64,000 bases of DNA, taken from positions 58,466,001 to 58,530,000 of the forward strand of contig NC_043008.1 of assembly GCF_006345805.1 (NCBI RefSeq), written 5' to 3'. The notes beneath the pieces were generated by a model that was not told the origin of the DNA, did no database searches, and saw nothing but the letters and a program-made list of their open reading frames with translations. The DNA comes from Octopus sinensis. Its lineage: Eukaryota. Shown one piece after another: positions 42,498 to 55,719 of this stretch (positions within the stretch are counted from its first letter, which is position 1; every line of letters starts with the position of its first letter). The translations under genes and the position numbers were made by a program.

Positions 42498-43202
42498 CTT
42501 TATATAAGTTATGATTATGAAAACCCGTGTGTCTATGATGCATAAATATTTGCACATGTATGTATGCATGCACACACATACACACACACTCACACACATA
42601 CACACATATATGTGTGTGAATGTGTGCGTATGTATATATAGATATACAGAATGAGAGAATGAAGGAGAAAGTGTGGGAGAGGAGGGAGACAGGAATATTA
42701 AGATGATAAGAACGTGAGGATTATAATATATGACATTTTGCTACTTATTCAGAGATATATAGTCTCAAACACGAAGTATTTATGAGTCAATTAGCGTTAA
42801 TTGACTAAGAAACTTAATAAAGATTCTTGCCGTAGTTACTCCTTCAGCCGTTGTCTTTACTTTTGATAATATCTACACTTTCTCATTATTCACACAATTA
42901 TTATCTTCTTATAATATAATTATCATTAATAATGTCCAGCGGTAAGATAATGGAGTGCTTACTCCATATAAAACTATCGTGTTAACAAGTGTTGTGGTTA
43001 CTACAAACTATTGAGTGGCAGGTTGCAACATTTTAAGAGGTCCTGTGATCAATTTTATCACTAGCCGAGAGTTTAATTTTCATTTCATTGTTCTAAGATG
43101 TATTACACGAGTTTTCGTCATGCACTGGAATCGATGGGGATCAATTGGTTCCCTTCCATTTAATATATTACCTTGTTCCAATATTATAAATCAATACAAA
43201 TG

Positions 43203-43442
43203 TGGCGAGCTGGCAGAATTGTTAACACGACGGACAAAATGCTTAGCAGTATTTCGTTCGTTTTTACGGATTAGGTTGGTACAGGATCCGTTTTTACGTT
43301 CGAAGTTAAAAATTCCGCCGAAGTCGACTTTCCTTTTCATCAATTTGGGAACGATAAAATAAATATCAGTCGAGTACTGGGGTCGGTATAATCAACTTAC
43401 ACCTTCAGAATTTAGTGGCCGTGTGCCAAAATTTGAAATCAA
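43203..43442 (+). mobile_element. SINE A2 (short-tail variant), older copies
   Basis: Also at about 1-90, 23878-24066, 24087-24187, 45312-45492, 52764-52975 and 60668-60880; 19650-19770(-) is partial. Confidence 0.7.
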
Positions 43443-44477
43443 TATGAGTCAATACCTTTGATCCATGCTTGAAACGTGGCCTAATCATCTGAGCTCTATG
43501 AGTAGCTGCATGGCATAAATGCTCAGGATATTGGTCGCTGGATGACTTAGTTGCTGGTGATACGTTCATAAAATAAATAAATGCGCCCTTTTAAAGCCTA
43601 GCCAGGCTCATGGGCCCGGTTTCCTGATTTCAATGGCATATCTGTTCCCCAGCTGGACGGGACGCCAGTCCATCGCAGCGTTACTCATTTTTTCTAGCTG
43701 AGTGGACTGGAGCAACGTGAAATGAATTTTTTTGCTCAAGAACACAACGCGTCGCCCGGCCCAGGAATCAAAACCACAATCTCACGATCATGGTGCTGAC
43801 ACCCTAACCACTAAGCCACGTGCCTCCACGATACGTTCATCACAGAATCATAAATCACATGTTTAAATAGCAAATAACTACTCATTATAAAAGCGAGTCC
43901 CTGTATAGTAATCACAAAACTTGCAATGAGGTTCGTGTCAACTAATTTCGATTCTCGTTAAAGGTTCATCAATGCTTACTTATTTTCGTCTTCACGTTCA
44001 CGAAACTAGGTGACGAGTGGCTATAGATGAGAAATGCAAAATAAGTTATGAAAATCTCAATTTAATTGACATGATAGTTTTAGACAGAACCTGTCGCGAT
44101 CATCTTGTTTAGACTCGGTTAGTAACACGTTAAGGCATTAAATACATGTTAAACACGAGGGATATTAACACGCATTGATATTTAGAACCCACGCTTTCTT
44201 GATATTGTAGTTATGTTTTGCTGCATGCATACGCAAACACACTCAAACACAAGAACACATACACATACACACAAATGCACACACACACACGTACATACAT
44301 AGACCTGTATACACTCACTTATATGTACAAACGCAAGCACAATCGCATCTGAAATCACACAACATAGTAAGCTTAGGCAGAGTTAAGTATTATTTTCATT
44401 TCATTCTGATCCAATTAGAATAGAATTGATACAGAATGATTAATAGTTAATTAATTACTCAGACATAACACATACAA

Positions 44478-44555
<78 letters not shown>

Positions 44556-44608
44556 CTCTCTATCTCTCTCTCTCTATCTATCTACCTACCTACATATCTA
44601 CTTACCTA

Positions 44609-44651
<43 letters not shown>

Positions 44652-46954
44652 CTATCTATTTATCTATCTATCCATCTATCTACTTACCTACCTACCTACC
44701 TACCTACCTACCTCCCTACCAACATACATACCTACCTACCTACCTACCTACGTATGTATGTATGTATCTATCTATATTCATATATCTCTATGTATATATA
44801 TGTATGTATGTGTGCATGTATGTATATATCTATTGCTATAACTATATCTATATCTATATATATATATATATATATATATATAGATGAAAGTGTGAGAGTG
44901 TACCTGTTTGGGGGTGATTGTGAATGAACCTCTTTGATTACACGAGATACATATCATGCTATTAAATGAAATTAAGAATTTATTTCAAGATTTTCTAATT
45001 ATGCTACCCGCTGTTAAACATAATGCACCGCTGAATAGCCACATAAAAAATATTGATAATTTCATCTTCACATATTGTATCTAGTTAAATTTTAATTAAT
45101 AATTCTTGATACTTGTGAAATATGAAATGATTTATATAAGCTATTATGTCTAAAAAGACTTGTGTGAAAGAGTAATATCTATAATCATGGAATCTGTAAC
45201 TATTTCTAATGGGAACTAGAAACTATGTCATTAGTAGATTAAGGGCGAAGATTCATCTGTTAAAATGTTGCCGTTAAGTGTATTTTTAATATAATAATTT
45301 TTAATATTTAATGCAGCGCGCTGGCAGAGTCGTTAGCACGACAGGTAAAAATGCCTAGCGGTATCTTGACTGTTCTGAGTTCAAATGCCCCCGGGGTTGA
45401 CTTTGCCTTTCATCCTTTCCGCTCGATAAAATAAGTACCAGTTGAACAACTGTGCCGATCTAATCGATTTTCTGGCTTTGTGTCAAAATTTAAGCGGATA
45501 TAATACATAAAGAAAAAGTTAGAGGTAAAGTTAAGGTTCTCGAGCCATACCGACTCACAAGGAGCGGTTTCATAGCGTATATATTCCGCACCTGATCGGG
45601 ACGGCGATCTGTCACGGGATTACTCATTTCTGCTAGCTGAGTGGACTGGAGCAAAGTGAAATGAAGTGATTTGCTCAAGAACACAACGCCTCACCCAGTC
45701 CAAGAATCGAGACCACAATCCTACGATCATGAGCCCAACACCTCTAACTACTAAGCCACGCACCTCCACAATGTTGGCTATATAAATAAACTATAAACTA
45801 TTTCCATCATTTAATCACACACACCACACACACACACATGTACATGTGTATATGTTATGGGTAAATAAGATGACGTAAGGCATTAGATACATACACTATT
45901 AGCGTTTAAGGGAAAATTGTGCCTAAACTCCTGCTTTAAGGGCAACGATATGATACCTACTGGAATTAAGACCGGCTACTTGCAAAGTTTGGATTGAGTT
46001 CATATAGGTATACCGGAAGAAAAGCATGAAGATGCAACCAGAAGATATCAAGTTAACTTACAACATATCTATATTTATTTAACATAATGAAGAGAAATGC
46101 AAATATGCATACAAGATATAACATTTTGTGATGCGGGCGACATGCAGAGATCTGCACCAATCATTCAACCATTCTAGAAACAGCTGTAAAGATCTACCAA
46201 TTTTATATTAAATGCAATGTTTTTAACTGAGACCATTGGTCTACTTGCCAATATATGTTTTACAAACATGATCTTTGTACTTTATCCTAGAGTGCTCTAT
46301 TTACATGTGGATATTACACAATTTTCACATTCAGGACTCTTATTTGCATTTCATCGCAATATGTAATTATGGATACGTTATAACCTGATTTGATACATTG
46401 TAACTGCCCGTTCATGCTTTTGACCCGTTATACATGTGTAAGCATGCATGTATGCATGTAAGTATATATCCACGTATGTATGTACGTATCCAAACTGGAG
46501 ACGAACACCATTCTTCCATGTCATCTGCTTGAAAAATGTTAAGATATTAGCATAATGTTTTGAACATGAAACCAGCGGTAGCCTTAACACACCAAGAAAT
46601 TCTATCGTGCGACATTTACATATATACATACATACATACATACGTTGTGTGTGTTTCTGCGTTTGTGTTAGTGGGTGTGTGTGTATGTATAATAATAAAC
46701 CTCGAGGCCCATACACAAAGTTATAAATTATAGAATGGAAATATTCATAGAATATGTCGAAGGCAACATTCTACCCAATATTTACATACTGTTAAGTTTA
46801 GCTCTGCGTATGTGCCTCAGGATATGTTATTTCGAAAAACAATATGTTCAGGTTCTTGCGAAAGTTTACAAAATTCTTTTGCCATCACTCATGTCAGTTT
46901 GTCTGTCTGTCTGTTTATGCACCAATCTCTTCCTCTCACTGTGTGTGTATATGA

Positions 46955-46995
<41 letters not shown>

Positions 46996-47242
46996 GAAGC
47001 GCGTGGGTTAGTGGTAAGGGTGTCAGCACCATGATTTTAAGATTGTGGTTTCGATTCCTGGACCAGGTGACGCGTTGTGTTCTTGAACAAAAATCTTCAT
47101 TTCACGTTGCTCCAGTCCACTCAGCTGGCAAAAATGAGTAACGCTGCGACGGACTGGCGTCCCGTCCAGCTGGGGAACACATACGCCATAGAAACCGGGA
47201 AACCGGGCCCATGAGCCTGGCTAGGCTTTAAAAGGGTGCATT

Positions 47243-47283
<41 letters not shown>

Positions 47284-47474
47284 AGTAGTTGAATGAATTA
47301 TCTTATTATGGATAATTCGGTTAACCGATACCTGGGTAGCAAATTCACGTCAGAAAAACACGGTTGAAGCTACATGCCAACGGCAGAGATCACGTGCTTT
47401 CGTGTGGAAATTTGTGTGTTTTTTTAAATACAAATAAATGAAAGAATGGAGTTGAACGACGAATTAACAAAATT

Positions 47475-47569
47475 CCTTTATTCTCGACATATGTTTCGAA
47501 TGCTGCATATTCCTAATTTCGCAGGAATAAGGGGTGCATGATGCCGCCTTCTCATCAGGAAAAACAAGG
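47475..47569 (-). ncRNA. Type I hammerhead ribozyme motif, best example (GUC site)
   Basis: Minus strand: CCTTGTTTTTC-CTGATGA-GAA...TTC-GAAA-CATATG-TC-GAGAATAAAGG. Bipartite 9-bp stem I, long stem II with a TATTCCT/AGGAATA hairpin, palindromic stem III ACATATGT. Confidence 0.88.
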
Positions 47570-47934
47570 AACTTATGTCAGCATCAAGATGAACAAAAAC
47601 TTTTAGATGACTGCCCACACGGAGCCCATAGCGATAATGAGTGTTTCTTTAAAATATTCCGTTATAAGCAGTGACGTCAAAAATGGTTGAATGTAGAAGA
47701 TTCAAGAAGGTTCAAGGGTTCAAACAAGGTATGTATACATACACATATGTGTTTTTCTTGTGTCTGAAAGTGAATGAATCAGTGGTTAGTGCGTTGGGCT
47801 CATGATAATGAGGTAGTGAGTTCGATTCCCGGACCTGGTTGTGTGAAGTGTTCTTGATCAAGACACTTTATTTCACTTTCCTTCAGTTCACTCAACTGCA
47901 GAAATTAGTCGTGACGTCACTGATACCACTGATA

Positions 47935-48024
<90 letters not shown>

Positions 48025-48316
48025 GTGTGTGTGTGTGTGTGTGTGTATGTGCTTGTGTGTCTGTGTCTGTCCCACCCAACATTGCTTGACAACCGATGCT
48101 GTTGTATTTACGTCCCCGTAATTTAGAGGTTCGGCAAAAGGGACCGATAGAATATGTACTAAGCTTACAAAGAATAATTCCTTGGGTCGATTTGCTCTAC
48201 TAAACGTGGTGATCGAGCATGGCCGCAGTCAAATGACTGAAACAAGTAAAAGAGTAATAAAAAATGCATAACTGTAAAATTCTCCTTATCTATTTGAATT
48301 ACCTTATATGTTCATA

Positions 48317-48699
48317 TCTTTATATATAAAAGTCAAGTTGTGTGTCTGTCTCCTACGATTTAGATTCCTAACTACTCCCACATTTTGCGGTGCAGTTTAA
48401 CCAAAACCGGGTATCTTATAATCGTGATTCATATCGAGCCCTTCTGGGTATCAGCGCGCGTCTACGATGAGTCTACGATTTATAAAAAAATTTACCATCA
48501 TTTGTTTCCATTTTAATGCATTTTTCGCTATTATATAAGGGAAGTAACTCTCTAAAAAATGTCTACGATGAGTCAACGATTTAAAAAAAATTTACCATCA
48601 TTATTTTCCATTTTAATGCATTTTTTGGTATAACTATCTAAAAATGGTTATATAGTTATTTCCCTTACAAACCCCGCAAGCCGCCGGGCGATACTGCTA

Positions 48700-48700
<1 letters not shown>
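48317..48700 (+). mobile_element. Non-autonomous Helitron
   Basis: 5' TC after A; 3' GC hairpin CCCG..CGGG about 8 nt before terminal CTAG followed by T; internal ~100-bp tandem duplication (48460-48527, 48561-48626). Confidence 0.8.
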
Positions 48701-48739
<39 letters not shown>

Positions 48740-48864
48740 ATATGTATATGTATATATATATATAAACACACACACACGTACACATTCATACATACGATCA
48801 TACATACACACACACGCACACACACGCGCGCGCACACACACACACGTGTGTGTATGAAAAAGTT

Positions 48865-49035
48865 TCATTCTCCTTATTCGCCTGACTATCAGCTTTTCAC
48901 ATCATTGCGACATTATTTCGAAGGAAACTATTTTATTAATTGCGATGAGATTAAAAATGATATCGAGTTATTCTCTACTTCGAAATCTAAGTATTTTCAC
49001 GCCTGTGTGATCAATAATTTGCCAAATAGATAGGA
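48865..49035 (+). pseudogene. Old mariner transposase C-terminal relic
   Basis: HSPYSPDYQLFTSLRHYFEG...INNLPNR* matches the decayed HPPYSPDLAPSDYHLF...W motif series. Confidence 0.7.
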
Positions 49036-49960
49036 TTATGTTATCATGTTATCAATAACGAAAGAGAAATATTATCTTGATTAAATATATCAATTAAGAC
49101 CGCAAATACATTTGCGTGATTCCCATCTTGAAATGTAACAGGACTTTCTTCTCAATCTAATATGTTTGTAATTTACTGTGACCTTTTTATCACCAATATG
49201 TATATCTATGCTGCTCTTACCTCTAATATCACTTTTATTAATAATGCAAGTATTATCATTGTCATTGAAAGCTCGAAACATGAATTAATAAACAGTTAAC
49301 AACTGAGGAGAGGTTAAACCTCCTGTGGTATTCTGTCCTGTACTTATCGCTGTGTGTTTACGTATTTATCACTAGCTGGTGATGTCCTGTACTTGAGTAT
49401 TTTTAATCATTATTTTTGCTAGGTGTTGGTGTCGCTGTTCTTCACTTGATTACAACTGTTTTCATTCCTCGTTTATATTCTTATTTTATAACTACTTCTA
49501 TGTTTCGTCAATTTTCAATGTAACATAAAATTCAAGGGCGTTTCACAATGTAAAATTACACCGCTTGATGCTTGCTAGTCTGAAGAAGTACATCTCCAGC
49601 ATAATCAATAGGCATGTATTGTGTAATTTTACATGTTGAACCGTTTACGTGTAATGAAGTTAGAAACGGAGTGGTAATGAATCAGTCGTAATTAATGATA
49701 AAATTATGCTAAACAGAATCATCTTCTTACCTGTATTTCAAGTCACTCTCCTCCTCTTCTCTCTCTCTTTCTGTCTGTCTATCCGTCGGACTGTCTGTCT
49801 GTCTGTCTCTGTCTATTTCTTAAATAATAGTTTAACTCTCTGCATATGAGCTTAAAAATTCGTCGGCGCGTGTAACGAAGTCACACACACAACAGAGAAA
49901 CCCATGCATATATGTATATGTTCATACTTATGTATACATTCATACATATACATATTGATA

Positions 49961-50001
<41 letters not shown>

Positions 50002-50125
50002 GCATATATATATACATGCATATATTATATATATATATTATATATACATGCATATATATATATATATATACATGCATATATATATATATATATATATACT
50101 GCATATATATATATATATATACTGC

Positions 50126-50157
<32 letters not shown>

Positions 50158-50180
50158 CTGCATATATATATATATAATAC

Positions 50181-50223
<43 letters not shown>

Positions 50224-50347
50224 TGCATATATATATATATATAATATATATATATGTATATATATACATATTATTATAAATCATCACTCGGCATACATTA
50301 CAAAAGAGTAGAATAGCAGAAGGTCCTGAAGAAGAAGTCATTTCAGC

Positions 50348-50455
50348 AATCACCTGAGGAGGAGTATTATACACATTGGATGTAAAATAATGATTGCACA
50401 ACACTACACCTATGTATCACAGGTGTACGAATGTCTCGAAACAATTGTAGTGTTT
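50348..50455 (+). ncRNA. Type I hammerhead motif with a large stem II insertion
   Basis: AATCAC-CTGAGGA-GGAG...CTC-GAAA-CAATTG-TA-GTGTT; palindromic stem III ACAATTGT; internal hairpin TACACCT/AGGTGTA. Confidence 0.72.
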
Positions 50456-50819
50456 AAAGAAAGAATGTCGTTTATTCCATTTTCTTTCATATTTCTCTCT
50501 CTCTCTCTCTCTCTCCCTATCTCTCTTTCTCCCTATATCTATATACTTATGTTTGTGTGTCTGTTTGTGTGTGCGCGTGTGTGTTGTATACACATATAAA
50601 TATACTCACATGCACACAGCTACATTTGAACTCGAGACATGTGTTGCCATTCAGAGCTAGATGAGACCTGATCAAATTATTTATCATATTTCATATTCTG
50701 AAGAATCAATGACAGGGTGGTTCAAGTGAGATCTGACTGCTTTGTCTGGTATATTCAGTGACCACATGTAGGCTTTACGTTGACACACACATATGTATAT
50801 GTATGTATATATAATATAG

Positions 50820-50877
<58 letters not shown>

Positions 50878-50884
<7 letters not shown>

Positions 50885-51189
50885 TCTATTTCTTGTACCA
50901 TGTTTTCAATCTATCTTCAGCAAATAAAATAATTTACTAGGCGAGGCTCTCATCAGCAGGAAAGCCAAGATTAACATATAAAGACGAGGCGATATAGAAC
51001 ATGCCTCGTGTTTACATGTTATAATTTTTGAAAATCCACCGCACAAGCGCGGTTTTTTTTTTCGGTGGCAAATACAGAAAATGCCGATTTTCTTCCAAAA
51101 TTAGCCAAAAATCAGTATATCTTCGCCTGGTAAATTATTTTATTTGCTGAAGGTAGCTTGAAACCATGGTACAGGAAATAGAGGGTAAA
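50878..51189 (-). mobile_element. Fold-back element with 67-bp inverted arms, each holding a minimal hammerhead-like motif
   Basis: Arms 50878-50944 and 51123-51189; core shared with 11098-11285; arm consensus TTG-CTGAAGA-TAGCTT-GAAA-CCATGG-TA-CAA. Confidence 0.8.
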
Positions 51190-51949
51190 TGGTTTTTATT
51201 TTTCATTCCATTTCGAAATTACCTCTAATAGTTGTTTGGAGTTTAACACTACTCCTTCTAGCGGGTCAGATGTCCTGTTATGGCCATCTCTTGTGTTTAA
51301 ATGTACATTATTATATATATATATTATATTATATAATATATATATATATATATATAATACATATGTGTTGTGTGTGTGTATGTATATATACATACACACA
51401 CATATATGTTTATAACGCATACTCGGACACACACGTGTGTGTGTCTCACACATATGTAATATGTATATGCAGGCATAACAATGTACGTGCATGGAATAAA
51501 TATTATTTTCTTCTACCAGATAATTAATATTTCTGAAACTGTGATTCTCACCATTAACAGAACGAATTTAGAGCATCATGGGATACACTGTTTATTTTAT
51601 GTTATGTTGTTTTTTTGAAAATCAGCGGTAGTAAGTAAATCATTCGCTGTACAGCTGAAAAGAGTATAAAAAATTACTGCTAATGTAGTTTTGCATTAAT
51701 GATAATAGATCTGCACGTTAAGTCAACTAACAATATATATATAGGTGAGAGACCCAAAATAAAAATGTTGGTTTTACAACATATTGGCTTTTGTTTAATT
51801 TTGAAAAACAAAAAAATTCATCGAAAACAATCTCTCGACAATATTAATTAAATTATGGAAGCAGCCATTAATGTCCACATCATTTTGCAGGTTTAGTAAA
51901 TAATCTTCATTGAAGGAGTACACATGCGTATATGTGGACATGTTAATAT

Positions 51950-51999
<50 letters not shown>

Positions 52000-52348
52000 A
52001 CACAAACACACACACACGTATATATATATTTATATACATGCACTCACATATATAATGTGTGGTATGTATGTATATATATATGGGAACTTTATGGAACAGT
52101 GCATGAAATATGGGAGTATATAATGCAGAAATTAATATTTCCGTCTATAATTTAATTGCTTTTACCAGGAGATTAATTAATTTCATTAAAATGTCAATAC
52201 AGATTGTGTTTCTGTTGGTAACCCATTGTTTTACACTTACATATATTGTGCACCTTACATATCTTATATAAATATATTTATGTATATATCTTGGATAGTA
52301 TGTAATTATATGTACAAAACAATCAGACACCCATACTCACTCAGGATA

Positions 52349-52380
<32 letters not shown>

Positions 52381-52383
<3 letters not shown>

Positions 52384-52548
52384 CAGGAAAATTTACGTAA
52401 ATAAACAAAACACGAAGGCAAGTGGAGTACAAACAAACAAATGTATTAGTATAGCGCTCAGGAATAGAAATAGAAGAAGTCTTTTACGTTTCGAGCCAAC
52501 CCTCTTCGACAGAAAGATACACACAAAAAGGAGGAGAGAAACAAGGAG

Positions 52549-52552
<4 letters not shown>
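52381..52552 (-). mobile_element. ~170-bp TA-flanked repeat with a variant hammerhead (A6U); second, older copy at ~54085-54215
   Basis: Minus 52480-52517: TCTTT-CTGTCGA-A-GAG-GGTTGG-CTC-GAAA-CG-TA-AAAGA. The decayed homologue is at 54151-54186. Confidence 0.65.
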
Positions 52553-52620
<68 letters not shown>

Positions 52621-53296
52621 TACGCAAGCGTCCATATGTTCATATACACTCATTGATATACACACACACACTCACACGCATATATATGCAAGGGAATGTT
52701 GGTGGTGATTTCGAATCTTCGGCTTAACATTCGGCTGCCTATATTCATATTAATATGGAAAAGGGGCCGCGAGTAGGCAGAATCGTTACCACGTCGGGCA
52801 AAATGCTTATCGGCATTTCGTCAGTCTTTACCTTCTCAGTTCAAATTCTACCAGGGCCGGCTTTGCCTTTCTTCCAATTCGGGATCGATAAAAATATATA
52901 CCAGTAGAGCACTGGGGTCGATGTAATCGACTAGCCCCTCCGAATTCGCTGTCCTTGTGCTAAAATTTGAACCCAATATTTATATGCATGTGTGTCTTTG
53001 GAAATTTGTGCACACATACACACACACACACACACATACGCGCGCGCACAGACACTGACACACACACACACATATATATCCTAAATTTTATTTTAAACTT
53101 TATGGGACCAACTGTCTTTGAAGGCTCATATTGTCATAGAATGCCCGAAATGAGAAGTAGATAGACAGCCAACAACTGATGATAGGTCCTTTCTCTGTGT
53201 TTACTTGTCCTGTTTTCCATTTTTCCTCGTTGTTTACGTATTTCACGTTATTTGGACCGTCGGTGACGTCCTGTACCCATATATACATGTGTGTGC

Positions 53297-53339
<43 letters not shown>

Positions 53340-53343
53340 ATTA

Positions 53344-53498
53344 TATAAACAATTTATAAGTAATGGCAAAAAAATCTAATGCCTAAATATGCCGAAAAAA
53401 GACACTACCTCAATAACGACTACAATCACGTGCCTTTTTTCGGCATATTTAGGCATTAGAACATTTTTTCTTTCGCCCTTACTTATAAATTGTTTATA
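53344..53498. repeat. 155-bp fold-back
   Basis: Inner arms CTAATGCCTAAATATGCCGAAAAAA are exact (25 bp); outer arms TATAAACAATTTATAAGTAA; ~33-nt spacer; abuts (TA)n. Confidence 0.88.
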
Positions 53499-53587
53499 AA
53501 TTTAACCTTTAAAGGTATTTTTTAATATGCTGGCCATTGATAGAACTTTTTTCGAAAAATTCTATCCTATATTAGATATATATATAT

Positions 53588-54000
53588 ACCCTTTACTCTT
53601 TTACTCTTTTACTTGTTTCAGTCATTTCACTGCGGCCATGTTGGAGCACCGCCTTTAGTCGAGCAAATCGACCCCGGGACTTATTCTTTGTAAGCCCAGT
53701 ACTTATTCTATCGGTCTCTTTTGCCGAACCGCTAAGTGACGGGGACGTAAACACACCAGCATCGGTTGTCAGGCAATGCTAGGGGGACAAACACAGACAC
53801 AAAAACACACACACACATATATATGTATATACATATATACGACAGGCTTCTTTCAGTTTCCGTCTACCAAATCCACTCACAAGGCTTTGGTCGGCCCGGG
53901 GCTATAGCAGAAGACACTTGCCCAGATGGCCACGCAGTGGGACTGAACCCGGAATCATGTGGTTGGTTAGCAAGCTACTTACCACACAGCCACTCCTGCG

Positions 54001-54002
<2 letters not shown>
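53588..54002 (-). mobile_element. SINE family D (internal TA/TG microsatellite, tail GACTGAAACAAGTAAAAGAGTAAAAGAG)
   Basis: Other copies: 14112-14508(-), 16503-16950(+), 22670-23160(+), 35260-35645(+), 47965-48258(+, 3' half) and a split copy at 21465-21860(-). Confidence 0.85.
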
Positions 54003-54060
<58 letters not shown>

Positions 54061-55719
54061 TTCCAGTTTATAGAAAGAAAAAGATGAAGAGGTGTGTAGG
54101 AACAACAAGCAAGTGTGTATTAGTCTGACACTCGGATAAAATGGAAAAGCGTTTTACGTTTCGAGTCTACGCTCTTCGATGGAAAGGAATTAGAGGAAAT
54201 AAATAGAGAATGATAAAATAAACGTATTGAGTTCAGTGGTCCAAATGTTTTATTGCTAACTAGGGAAGGGGAAAGGTAACCATGGAAGACCTAGACTGAG
54301 ATTGAAAGATACTGCAAAAAGGAACAAGAAGTGGAAAAGAATACATGATAAACAGCAAAAACAAGCGTAAAACCGACCAGTATGGAGAAAGCTTATCAAG
54401 TCATGCCAAAATAACGAACAATCATAATCGCGATGATTGACTGCTGACTTCCAGAATATCCATTTGGTGAGCTCGGAGCACTGATTTTACATAGTAGGGA
54501 AGGACGAGTGATCATAAATAAAACTCAGAACTAAAAGAAAAAAGATTACAGATATTACAGCTGTTTCAAAATAGATGCTTAGTTGTGCATGTCTTTGCAA
54601 TCAGTTTGCAATCACCATTTTAGTGACTCGGTGGGAAATGAATATATATGAGTAGTGGATCACTAAAATGCTCGCGGGGAAATACATCAACTATATACAT
54701 GTTCTTTGTAACAGCTGTAAATATTAATCTAACTTCCTCCTATTCTTTTAACATTAGGTTTAAATTTTGAACGCCTCCTCTAACCTATTACGTAGTATTA
54801 ATACGATGGACTCACTTTATAATTCTTCCATGCTGCAGCTATTATGAACATTCGTTAATCGAACTTTTACTGATGTCTTGTGATTTAATCTCCTTGAAGC
54901 ATTTGTTTCTGGCTAAGCGCTGAATAAATCTTTAAACGCTATCATCTGACCCGATACCACTTGTCTTCCTGTCTATCGTTTTATTCTATTAAACATGCAC
55001 CAGTTTGATCGATACATTACCTGTAGCAAATAATCCTCTAGGCAGCTATAACATCCTCGCATTTCAAGTTGCAGCTGAATAATACTTAATATCTTACATC
55101 AGCAGATATATATATATATATATATATATATAAATTGCAGATAATATATGTGTGTGTAGCGCATTCATCTCGTTACGGAGAATTATCACAACCGACGATT
55201 TCCCGGACCGAGATAAGACATTTAGATAAATATTTATACAAAATTCTGACTGCCTCGTTTTTCTTAATATATAAAATATCTACACAATCTATAAACGCTC
55301 AAACCACACACACACTCTCTCTTTCTCACACATGCACAAACACATATTCGCACACAAATACTTCATTTGCAAGATTCGTTACAATCAAGGTAAATCTACA
55401 TGTTGGACGTCAGGATAGCTTGGTATTGAGCTTACATTAACCTGGAGCAGACTGGTACCCATGCTAATATAAACTGAAAATCCAACCCAGAGATGGTTGG
55501 AAGTATAGCGTATGTGTAACATTAGAATCAAATGGGGTTCAAAATTTACAACAGCCGTTTCGGCAACATTTTAACTTACCTGTTTGCTCGTTTAAGATTT
55601 ACTTCACGATGACGAGGTTTTGCGGTATGTAATCTTAATCTATGAATGCATCTGTTTTGGGGTGATTTATTCTATGAATGCATCAGTAAAATATTCACTA
55701 ATCAGCTGTTGTGAATTTG

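Noticed and set aside
49300-49322. CTGAGGA-GAGG-TTAAA-CCTC half hammerhead
   Set aside because: GAAA and stem III are absent downstream; an incomplete relic.
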